This document shows positions 36,726 through 46,146 of a stretch of 64,000 bases of DNA, in pieces. Origin of the DNA: Gemmatimonadales bacterium (GTDB lineage: Bacteria; Gemmatimonadota; Gemmatimonadetes; Gemmatimonadales; JACORV01). A program made the translations under genes and the position numbers. The stretch's first letter is position 1. Each line of letters opens with the position of its first letter. The notes beneath the pieces are model-generated. The model saw nothing but the letters and a program-made list of their open reading frames with translations. It was not told the origin of the DNA and did no database searches. The DNA is taken from contig DATJUT010000112.1 of the NCBI GenBank assembly GCA_035502185.1, forward strand, positions 30,942-94,941, in the 5' to 3' direction.

Positions 36726-37508
36726 ATGTCGTTGGCAGGAACGCGAGGTCGCCGGCTCGCCGGCGCGGGGCTCGGTCTGCTGTTGGCCGGAACGGCCGCG
36801 TGCACGAGGGAGCGCGTGGTGCAGGGCGAATGCCGATCGTACAACGGCGCGGACGTGTGCACGTGGGGCCGGATGCAGGGCACCACGGTCGTGGCGTTCG
36901 GGGCGACGATCCCCGTCCAGTCGATCGAGCAGGCCCCGGCCGAGATGCCGATGGTCTGGCCGCCGAAGGCGGACCTCGTGGTGGCGCTGCCGGCCGCGGT
37001 GCAGGCCGCGACGGGCTACGACCACGTGAACGTGTTCTGGGAGCCCCACGGCCACCCGCCGGGGCCGTATCTGACGCCGCACTTCGACATCCACTTCAAC
37101 AACGTCTCCGCGGCCGACGTCGCCAGGATCGACTGCGCCGACTCGACCAAGCCCGCGGCCCTGCCGGCCGCCTACGAGCTGCCCGACGTGACCATTCCGG
37201 GGGTGGGAAGGCTGATCGGCATCTGCGTGCCGGGGATGGGGATGCACTCGCTCCCGTCGGCCGAGCTGCGCTCGACGGCGCTGTTCGAGAAGACGATGCT
37301 CGTGGGTTACTACCACCAGCAGCCGATCTTCGTGGAGCCGATGATCACGCGCTCGACGCTGCTCGCGCGGCGCAGCTTCTCGCTCGACGTGCCGGCCGTG
37401 CCGGGAGCACCGGCGAGCCTGAAGGTGCCGGCCGGGTTCGAGGCCACCTACGACAGCGCGGCGCAGGCGTACCAGTTCACGTTCCGGGCGTCGCGCGCGG
37501 CGAGCTAG
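36726..37508 (+). CDS. hypothetical lipoprotein
   Basis: ATG at 36726. The lipobox is GLLLAGTAAC. Sequence continues ...VFWEPHGHPPGPYLTPHFDIHFNN...CVPGMGMH.... It may be DUF5602/TTHB210-like, but that is from memory and unverified. The rest of the 1235-aa track ORF is shadow sequence. Confidence 0.6.
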   Translation: MSLAGTRGRRLAGAGLGLLLAGTAACTRERVVQGECRSYNGADVCTWGRMQGTTVVAFGATIPVQSIEQAPAEMPMVWPPKADLVVALPAAVQAATGYDHVNVFWEPHGHPPGPYLTPHFDIHFNNVSAADVARIDCADSTKPAALPAAYELPDVTIPGVGRLIGICVPGMGMHSLPSAELRSTALFEKTMLVGYYHQQPIFVEPMITRSTLLARRSFSLDVPAVPGAPASLKVPAGFEATYDSAAQAYQFTFRASRAAS

Positions 37509-37537
37509 CGGCCGCCCGCCGGTCCGGCGATGAGACA

Positions 37538-37569
37538 CGAAGCCCCGCCCGGTCATCCGGGCGGGGCTT
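37538..37569. terminator. bidirectional hairpin terminator
   Basis: Arms GAAGCCCCGCCCGG - TCAT - CCGGGCGGGGCTTC form a perfect 14-bp stem with a 4-nt loop. It lies between the convergent lipoprotein and DUF445 genes. Confidence 0.7.
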
Positions 37570-37590
37570 CCGCTTGCGGCGTCACCGCCG

Positions 37591-38859
37591 TCAGCGCCAG
37601 AACCGCGAGATGGTGTAGATCGCCAGCCCCACGAGCCCGCCGACCAGCGTGCCGTTGATCCGCACGAACTGCAGGTCGCGGCCCACTGCCAGCTCGAAGC
37701 GGTGCGAGGTGGCGGCGGGGTCCCAGCCGGCGACGGTCTGCGCGATGAAGTCGCCGATCTCGTCCCGATACTGCTCCACCACCGACACGGTGACGTCGAT
37801 GACGACGTCGTTGATCTCGTCCAGCGTCGCCTGGTTGCCCAGCAGGGCCGCGCCGAACGCCGCGATGCCGCTCTCCAGGGCGCCGGGCGCGGCGCCGTCC
37901 GCGCGGGTGGCGAAGCGCGTCACGGCATCGCGGGTCGTCTCCCAGAGGCGGCCGGTCAGCTCGGCCACGGACGGGTCCGCGAGCCACTCTTCCTTGAGCG
38001 CTTCGGCGCGGGCGATCGCCTCGGGGGAGTGCTCCAGCCGGTCGATGAAGTCCCGCAGGGCCGCATCGAAGGCGGCGCGCAGCGCGTGGTGCGGGTCGGC
38101 GCCGATGCCCTGGAGCATCGCCTCGATCGCGCCGATGATGCGCTGGTAGAGCATGTCGTCCACGACGCCCGGCACCCACCACGGGCTCTCGGCCTTGACC
38201 TGCTCGCGGATCAGCTCGCGGTTGTCGTGCACGGCCTGGGCGGCGAGCCGGACGGCCTCGTCCAGCAGCTCCTGGTGGCGGTTGCCGGCCACCACCAGCG
38301 ACAGGGTCTTGCCGAGCGCGGGCGCCACGCGCGTGGCGCGCAGCTGGGCGATGAGTCCCTGCTGCACCAGCGCCCGCATCTCCTCGTCGGGCAGCGCGTC
38401 CAGCGTCCGGGCGACGCCGCTCGCGACCTGCTGCGCGATGCGCCGGCTGTTGTCCACCCGGCTGAGCCACCGCGCGGCCCGCTCCGCCGGCCGCACCTCG
38501 CGGAGCTTGGCGGCGATCACCTCGCGGGTGAGGAAATGGCTCTGCACGAAGGTGCCGAGCACCCGGCCGATGCGCTCCTTGCGGGTGGCGACGATGGCCG
38601 TGTGCGGGATCGGGATGCCGAGCGGGTGGCGGAACAGCGCGGTGACGGCGAACCAGTCGGCCAGGCCGCCCACCAGCGAGGCCTCGGCCGTGGCCCGGAC
38701 GAAGCCCAGCCAGGGATAGCGGCCCTCCAGGGTGCGCGCCGCCGCGAAGATCGCGGCGGCGGCGCCCAGCAGGCCGGTGGCCCGGCGCCGCATCGCGTCG
38801 AGCTGCGCCTGCCGCACGGCGTCGTCGGGCCGCGACCAGAGCGCCGCTGGAGTCGTCAT
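37591..38859 (-). CDS. DUF445 (YjiN-like) membrane-associated protein
   Basis: 422 aa. Sequence reads ...DWFAVTALFRHPLGIPIPHTAIVATRKERIGRVLGTFVQSHFL..., and there is a C-terminal TM segment GTLVGGLVGLAIY. Confidence 0.8.
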   Translation of the reverse strand: MTTPAALWSRPDDAVRQAQLDAMRRRATGLLGAAAAIFAAARTLEGRYPWLGFVRATAEASLVGGLADWFAVTALFRHPLGIPIPHTAIVATRKERIGRVLGTFVQSHFLTREVIAAKLREVRPAERAARWLSRVDNSRRIAQQVASGVARTLDALPDEEMRALVQQGLIAQLRATRVAPALGKTLSLVVAGNRHQELLDEAVRLAAQAVHDNRELIREQVKAESPWWVPGVVDDMLYQRIIGAIEAMLQGIGADPHHALRAAFDAALRDFIDRLEHSPEAIARAEALKEEWLADPSVAELTGRLWETTRDAVTRFATRADGAAPGALESGIAAFGAALLGNQATLDEINDVVIDVTVSVVEQYRDEIGDFIAQTVAGWDPAATSHRFELAVGRDLQFVRINGTLVGGLVGLAIYTISRFWR

Positions 38860-38924
38860 GGCGCCCCAAGATAACGCGCCGCCGCCGGCCCGGCGTATCT
38901 TATCCCGTTCACCGGGAGCCCGGG

Positions 38925-39326
38925 ATGGATCGAGGCCTGCTGAACGCGAACCAGCAGCGACGGGTCGCGACGCACCTGCGGCTCCTCGCCGAGGACTGCG
39001 CTGACCTGGCCGGCTGGCCGGAGCTGCAGCGGCCCGGCGAGCCGTACGCGTCGCTGCGCGCGCTCATCGGCCGGCTCGCGGAAGCCGTGGCCGCGCTGGG
39101 CCGTTCGCTCGACCTCCCGGCGCACCAGGCGCCGCCGCTCCGGCGGCGCGTGATGGCCACCGCGGAGGTGTGGGCGAGCAGCATGGAGGACGTCAAGTCG
39201 CGGCACCTCAAGGCGTACGGGCGCGTCCACCCCGAGCTGGGGCGCGAGCTCGATCCGCGGGTGGACGAGATCGTCGCGATGCTGCGAGAGGTCGCCGACC
39301 TGGCGGACCGGCTCCCGGACCGCTAG
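38925..39326 (+). CDS. hypothetical protein (133 aa, predicted helical)
   Basis: GC3 is uniformly high in this frame. I recognise no family. It ends 4 nt from the convergent dioxygenase stop. Confidence 0.5.
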   Translation: MDRGLLNANQQRRVATHLRLLAEDCADLAGWPELQRPGEPYASLRALIGRLAEAVAALGRSLDLPAHQAPPLRRRVMATAEVWASSMEDVKSRHLKAYGRVHPELGRELDPRVDEIVAMLREVADLADRLPDR

Positions 39327-39330
39327 GCGG

Positions 39331-40104
39331 TCATCCGAACTGCACCGACCGCTTGGTCAGCGACCCGAAGTTGTACCCGGTGATCGGGAAGGTCACGGGC
39401 CCGGGCTCCCCGGCCGCGCTGCCCGCCGCCGCGATGACGGGCACGAAGTGCTCGTGCGTCGGCAGCGCCATCCGCACGGCGGGGGCGCGCCGGCGGTAGT
39501 CGAGCAGCGTGTCCACGTCCTGCCGCGCCAGGACGTCGGCGGCCCAGGCGTCGAACTCCGCGGCCCACGCGGGAGTCCCGGCGCCGGGCGACATGTCCAT
39601 CGCGCGCAGGTTGTGGGTGAGGAACCCGCTGCCCACGATCAGCACGCCCTCGTGGCGCAGCGGCGCCAGCGCCCGGCCGAGCTCGAACAGCGTGGTGGGA
39701 TCGAGGTTCGGGAGCGACACCTGCAGCACGGGCACGTCGGCAGCCGGGTACATCGCGATCAGCGGCACGTAGGCGCCGTGGTCGAGGCCCCGGTCGGACT
39801 CGATGACCGGCTGCGTGCGCCCCAGCAGCTCGCGCAGCCGCCGGGCCAGGTCGGGCGCCGGAGGCGCCGGGTACGCGACCTGGTAGTATTTCTCGGGAAA
39901 GCCGTAGAAGTCGTAGACGAGGGGCACGGGTCGGGTCGCCCCGAGGGTGATGGGCTTCTGCTCCCAGTGCGCGGAGAGCATCAGCACGGCGCGGGGGCGG
40001 GGCATCGCCCCGGCCCACTGGCGGAGCTGGGCGATCCACTCCTGATCGTCGAGCAGGAACGGCGATCCGTGGGCGAGGAAGATGGCCGGCACGCGGTCGG
40101 GCAT
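39331..40104 (-). CDS. class III extradiol dioxygenase (LigB / 4,5-DOPA dioxygenase YgiD-like)
   Basis: ATG at 40104. Motifs are IFLAHGSP, SAHWE, LDHGAYVPL, GSGFLTHNL and PTHEHFVPV. Confidence 0.85.
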   Translation of the reverse strand: MPDRVPAIFLAHGSPFLLDDQEWIAQLRQWAGAMPRPRAVLMLSAHWEQKPITLGATRPVPLVYDFYGFPEKYYQVAYPAPPAPDLARRLRELLGRTQPVIESDRGLDHGAYVPLIAMYPAADVPVLQVSLPNLDPTTLFELGRALAPLRHEGVLIVGSGFLTHNLRAMDMSPGAGTPAWAAEFDAWAADVLARQDVDTLLDYRRRAPAVRMALPTHEHFVPVIAAAGSAAGEPGPVTFPITGYNFGSLTKRSVQFG

Positions 40105-40313
40105 GGACGACTCCTCCACGGCAGAACGGTAGATGGAGAAGGATAACCGCCCAGGCACGGGGAGGCGCCCGGCGTCCCGAGGGCCTTGCTGCCCCGGGTT
40201 TCCGTGGGATATTTGAGCGGCCTGCGTGAAGCGGCCCGCCACACGGGTGGCCGGGCCGTGCGGTGGGGAGTATCTCGGGGCCGGAGGCGGGCCCAGGCGA
40301 CGGGAGTGCCGGC

Positions 40314-41396
40314 ATGACCGATCCGGGGGCGAGCGAGCAACAGTCCCGGTGGACCGTCGAAGTGTTGCGCCGTGCCGGCGCCGCCCTGAACGGGCGGATG
40401 GTGGGCGTGTGGGTGGTGGAGGACGCGGGCTCGCTGAGGCCGCTCGCCAGCAACGGGACCGAGGCGCAGGCCTGGGAGGTGACGCCGGAGGTGAAGGTGG
40501 CGGTCACCCACCTGGCGATGCCCGCGCCGCCCGGCAGCCGCTGGGTGGCGGGCCGCATGGCCGACCAGCAGTGGTGCGTGGCGCCGGTCCGCGACAGCGT
40601 GCCGGATCCGCCGCCGGTCGATCGCGAGCGGCGCAGCCGGGAGCGGCTGGCGCTGGAGCTGGCGGGCCTGTGCCTGGGGCTCAGCGCGCGCGTCCTGGGC
40701 GAGGGGATGCCGGCCGACCTGGACCTGTTCGAGCGCTTCATGGAGCAGCTCGGCAGCTTCGCCCAGGACATCGGCGGGCCGCTGGCGGTGGCGCGGACGG
40801 CGGTGGTGCGGAGCGGCGCCGTGCTCGCCGAAGCGGTGCCAACCGACGAGGAAGGGCGCGCGCGGCTGATCGAGGACCTCCGGGCGGCGGGCCGGGCGCT
40901 CGAGCAGGCCGTCTCGCTGGTGCGCACCGTGCACGACCGGGCACGCGCGGTCCTGGAGCACGGCGGGGAGTTCGACGTCGTGCAGGTGGTGTGGTCGTGC
41001 GTGGACGCGGAGCGGCCGCAGGCCGCGCTCCGCGGGGCCTCGATCGAGCTCAAGACCCTGGCCTACGTGGTCTCGGTGCCGGGCAGCGCCGACAGTCTGC
41101 GCATGGCCGTCGCGTCGATGCTGAAGCTGGCGGTGCGGGGGCTGCAGGGGCGCGTCGGGGCCGTGACGGTCTCGCTCGAGAACGTCGGCCCGGTGGTGCG
41201 GCTCGTCGTGTCCGCGCCGGGGGCGGAGGTGGTGGACGGGCAGAGCGCGGTGGCCGACGCCCGCCGCGTGGTGGAGACCGCATTCGGCGGCACCCTCACG
41301 GTCACCTCGGTCGCGGGCGAGGGGGCGACGCTCACGCTGTCGCTGCCGGCGCCCACGCACCGGTTCCGGGACCCGGCGCTGTGGTGGGAGCGCTAG
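40314..41396 (+). CDS. degenerate histidine-kinase-like protein (GAF-like N-terminus; DHp without His; CA-like domain without N/G boxes)
   Basis: The DHp-like segment FERFMEQLGSFAQDIGGPLAVARTAV has Gln where the phospho-accepting His sits in the SHELRTPL consensus. The C-terminus ...VETAFGGTLTVTSVAGEGATLTLSLP looks like the end of a HATPase_c domain, but I cannot find the Asn (N-box) or DxGxG. The start is ATG 40314 or GTG 40263. Confidence 0.6.
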   Translation: MTDPGASEQQSRWTVEVLRRAGAALNGRMVGVWVVEDAGSLRPLASNGTEAQAWEVTPEVKVAVTHLAMPAPPGSRWVAGRMADQQWCVAPVRDSVPDPPPVDRERRSRERLALELAGLCLGLSARVLGEGMPADLDLFERFMEQLGSFAQDIGGPLAVARTAVVRSGAVLAEAVPTDEEGRARLIEDLRAAGRALEQAVSLVRTVHDRARAVLEHGGEFDVVQVVWSCVDAERPQAALRGASIELKTLAYVVSVPGSADSLRMAVASMLKLAVRGLQGRVGAVTVSLENVGPVVRLVVSAPGAEVVDGQSAVADARRVVETAFGGTLTVTSVAGEGATLTLSLPAPTHRFRDPALWWER

Positions 41397-41405
41397 CCGG
41401 CCGAT

Positions 41406-41423
41406 CTTGATGACTTCTTGATG
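41406..41423 (+). promoter_or_regulatory. direct repeat (T)CTTGATG x2 at 11-bp spacing, candidate OmpR-family (KdpE) box
   Basis: aTCTTGATGacTTCTTGATGt. The repeats sit at 41406-41412 and 41417-41423, 55-72 nt upstream of the first ORF of the kdp cluster. Confidence 0.3.
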
Positions 41424-41477
41424 TCCCGCCGGGGTTTCCTGACCCCGTTTTGACGCCGCACCGTCTAGCCTCCACGC

Positions 41478-41594
41478 ATGCTCGACCTCGTCTACATCGT
41501 CGTCACGCTGGCCTTCTTCGGCCTGATGCTCGCCTACGTGGTGGGCTGCGAGCGGCTCGGGAAGGACGGCACCGGCGAGGAGCAGCGGCCGTGA
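41478..41594 (+). CDS. 38-aa hydrophobic micro-ORF upstream of and overlapping kdpF
   Basis: It is not in the ORF track because it is too short. Sequence is ATG...MLDLVYIVVTLAFFGLMLAYVVGCERLGKDGTGEEQRP-TGA. All 38 sense codons end in G/C. There is one predicted TM helix. Its TGA overlaps the kdpF GTG (GTGA). Confidence 0.45.
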   Translation: MLDLVYIVVTLAFFGLMLAYVVGCERLGKDGTGEEQRP

Positions 41595-41680
41595 GCGCCG
41601 AGACCGTGATCGCGGGGCTCGTGTCGGTCCTGCTGCTCGTCTACCTCGTGTACACGCTGCTCAAGCCCGAGAAATTCTGA
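41591..41680 (+). CDS. kdpF: K+-transporting ATPase subunit F
   Basis: The 29-aa sequence MSAETVIAGLVSVLLLVYLVYTLLKPEKF closely resembles E. coli KdpF as I remember it (MSAGVITGVLLVFLLLGYLVYALINAEAF). It lies directly upstream of kdpA. Confidence 0.85.
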   Translation: MSAETVIAGLVSVLLLVYLVYTLLKPEKF

Positions 41681-41714
41681 GCGGGCCCGCGCCCGTGTCG
41701 GACCCGGCGACCCC

Positions 41715-43430
41715 ATGACCCTGAACGGCTGGCTGCAGATCCTGCTCTTCGCGGCGGCGGTGCTCGCCGTCACCAAGCCCGTGGGCATCTACATCCTGCG
41801 GGTGTACGACGGTTCGCTGCGCTGGCTCGCGCCGGTAGAGCGGGTGATCTACCGCCTGTGCGGCATCGATCCGGCCGAGGAGCAGCACTGGACCCGCTAC
41901 GCGGCGGGGCTGCTGGTCTTCAGCGCCGTCTCGATGCTGGTGACCTACGTGGCGCTGCGGCTCCAGGCGCACCTGCCGCTGAATCCGTTCCACCGCGTCG
42001 CGGTGACGGACCGCCAGGCCTTCGAAACCGCCGCCTCGTTCACCACCAACACCAACTGGCAGTCGTACTCCGGCGAGACGGTGATGAGCTACCTCTCGCA
42101 GGCGATGCAGCTGGCCTTCCACAACTTCACGTCCGCCGGGTGCGGGGTGGCCGCCGCCGTGGCGCTGGCCCGCGGGATCTCGCGCCGCTCGGCCGGCCGC
42201 ATCGGCAACTTCTGGGCGGACCTGGTGCGCGGCACGCTGTACCTGTTCCTGCCGCTGTCGTTCCTGCTGGCGCTGCTGTTCGTGCAGCAGGGCGTGATCC
42301 AGAACCTCCATGCCTACGTCACGGCCACCACGCTCGAGGGCGCGAAGCAGGTGCTGGCGATGGGGCCGGTGGCGAGCCAGGAGGCCATCAAGCAGCTCGG
42401 CACCAACGGCGGCGGGTTCTTCAACGCGAACGCCGCGCATCCGTTCGAGAATCCGACGCCGTGGACGAACTTCCTCAGCACGCTCGCGATCTTCATCGTG
42501 CCCGCCGGCCTCACCTACATGTTCGGCCGGATGGTGAAGAACCAGCGGCACGGCTGGGCGCTGTGGGCGGCGATGTTCGTGCTGTTCGCGGCCGGCGTGA
42601 CCACGGCGTACTGGGCGGAGGCGCGCGGCAACCCGATTCACGCCGCCCGCGGCGTGGACGTCGTGGCGTCGGCCACGAACCCCGGCGGCAACATGGAGGG
42701 CAAGGAGGTGCGGTTCGGCATCGCCAGCTCCGCCCTCTACGCCACCGTGACCACCGACGCCTCGTGCGGCGCGGTCAACAGCATGCACGACTCGTTCACG
42801 CCGATCGGCGGGATGGTGCCTCTGGTCAACATCCAGCTCGGCGAGCTGATCTTCGGCGGCGTCGGGTCGGGGCTCTACGGCATGCTGGTCATGGCGGTGC
42901 TCACGGTGTTCATCGCCGGCCTCATGGTCGGCCGCACGCCGGAGTACCTCGGGAAGAAGATCCAGAGCCGCGAAGTTCGCATGGCGATGCTGTACGTGCT
43001 GATCTTCCCCGCCGTCATCCTGCTGTTCACCGCCGTGTCGGCGGTCCTGCCGGCGGGGCTCAAGGGGCTCAACAACGCGGGCCCGCACGGCCTCAGCGAG
43101 ATCCTCTACGCCTTCACGTCGGTCACCGGCAACAACGGCAGCGCCTTCGCCGGGCTGACGGGCACCACCTACTACTACAACACGATGCTGGGGCTGGGCA
43201 CGCTGTTCGGGCGGTTCGCCATGATGGTGCCGGCGCTCGCGCTCGCCGGCTTCCTGTCGGAGCGCCGGATCGTGCCGGCGTCGGCGGGGACGTTCCCGGT
43301 CACGTCGCCCCTGTTCGTCGCGCTGCTGGTGGGCGTGATCCTGATCGTGGGCGCGCTCACCTTCTTCCCGGCGCTCTCGCTGGGCCCGCTGGTCGAGCAC
43401 CTGCTGATGGGTGCCGGGAGGCTGTTCTAG
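41715..43430 (+). CDS. kdpA: K+-transporting ATPase subunit A
   Basis: 571 aa. It starts MTLNGWLQILLF... and contains NTNWQSY, LGTNGGGFFNANAAHPFENPT and ...TGNNGSAFAG. The operon context also supports the call. Confidence 0.97.
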   Translation: MTLNGWLQILLFAAAVLAVTKPVGIYILRVYDGSLRWLAPVERVIYRLCGIDPAEEQHWTRYAAGLLVFSAVSMLVTYVALRLQAHLPLNPFHRVAVTDRQAFETAASFTTNTNWQSYSGETVMSYLSQAMQLAFHNFTSAGCGVAAAVALARGISRRSAGRIGNFWADLVRGTLYLFLPLSFLLALLFVQQGVIQNLHAYVTATTLEGAKQVLAMGPVASQEAIKQLGTNGGGFFNANAAHPFENPTPWTNFLSTLAIFIVPAGLTYMFGRMVKNQRHGWALWAAMFVLFAAGVTTAYWAEARGNPIHAARGVDVVASATNPGGNMEGKEVRFGIASSALYATVTTDASCGAVNSMHDSFTPIGGMVPLVNIQLGELIFGGVGSGLYGMLVMAVLTVFIAGLMVGRTPEYLGKKIQSREVRMAMLYVLIFPAVILLFTAVSAVLPAGLKGLNNAGPHGLSEILYAFTSVTGNNGSAFAGLTGTTYYYNTMLGLGTLFGRFAMMVPALALAGFLSERRIVPASAGTFPVTSPLFVALLVGVILIVGALTFFPALSLGPLVEHLLMGAGRLF

Positions 43431-45476
<2,046 letters not shown>

Positions 45477-45478
45477 CC

Positions 45479-46072
45479 ATGCTCAAGAACCAGCTCCGGC
45501 CCGCGATCGTGGTCACCCTGGCGCTGATGGTGATCACGGGGCTCGTCTACCCCGGCGCCGTCACCGCGATCTCCCAGCTCCTGTTCCCGCGCCAGGCCAA
45601 CGGCTCGCTGGTCACGGTGGACGGGCACGTGGTGGGGAGCCTCCTGATCGGGCAGACGTTCGCGAGCGCCCGCTACTTCCACGCGCGGCCTTCGGCGGCC
45701 GGCAGCGGCTACGACGACACCCTGTCGGGCGGCACCAACCTGGGGCCCACGAGCGCGAAGCTGGCCGACACGCTGATCGTGCAGGCCGTGGACAGCGCCG
45801 TGAAGCTGGACCACGTGGTGAAGGGGCAGATCCCGTCCGACCTCGTCACCTCGTCGGCCTCGGGGCTCGATCCGCACATCTCGCCGGCCAGCGCCCAGCT
45901 GCAGGTGCCGCGCGTGGCCCGCGCGCGCGGGCTGACGGAGGCGCAGGTGCGCGCGCTGGTGGACCGGCACACGGAAGGCCGTATGCTCGGCGTCTTCGGC
46001 GAGCCCCGCGTCAACGTCCTGTGGCTCAACCTGGCCCTCGACAGCCTCGGCGGAACGTCGTCACCCCACTGA
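45479..46072 (+). CDS. kdpC: K+-transporting ATPase subunit C
   Basis: ATG at 45479, 2 nt after the kdpB stop. It starts MLKNQLRPAIVVTLALMVITGLVYPG and contains ...SSASGLDPHISPASA.... Confidence 0.93.
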   Translation: MLKNQLRPAIVVTLALMVITGLVYPGAVTAISQLLFPRQANGSLVTVDGHVVGSLLIGQTFASARYFHARPSAAGSGYDDTLSGGTNLGPTSAKLADTLIVQAVDSAVKLDHVVKGQIPSDLVTSSASGLDPHISPASAQLQVPRVARARGLTEAQVRALVDRHTEGRMLGVFGEPRVNVLWLNLALDSLGGTSSPH

Positions 46073-46146
46073 TTCCCACGTCCAAGACTGGTGTCGGCGG
46101 CGCAACGAGCCGCGGGCGCCCACTGCCATCACCGGAGACACGCACC

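Noticed and set aside
41397-41590. A c-di-AMP (ydaO/kimA-type) or other riboswitch in the kdp leader, as occurs upstream of some kdp operons.
   Set aside because: Only about 80 nt separate the upstream stop from the micro-ORF start. That is too short for this riboswitch class. I see no extended conserved helices, only the short direct repeat reported above.
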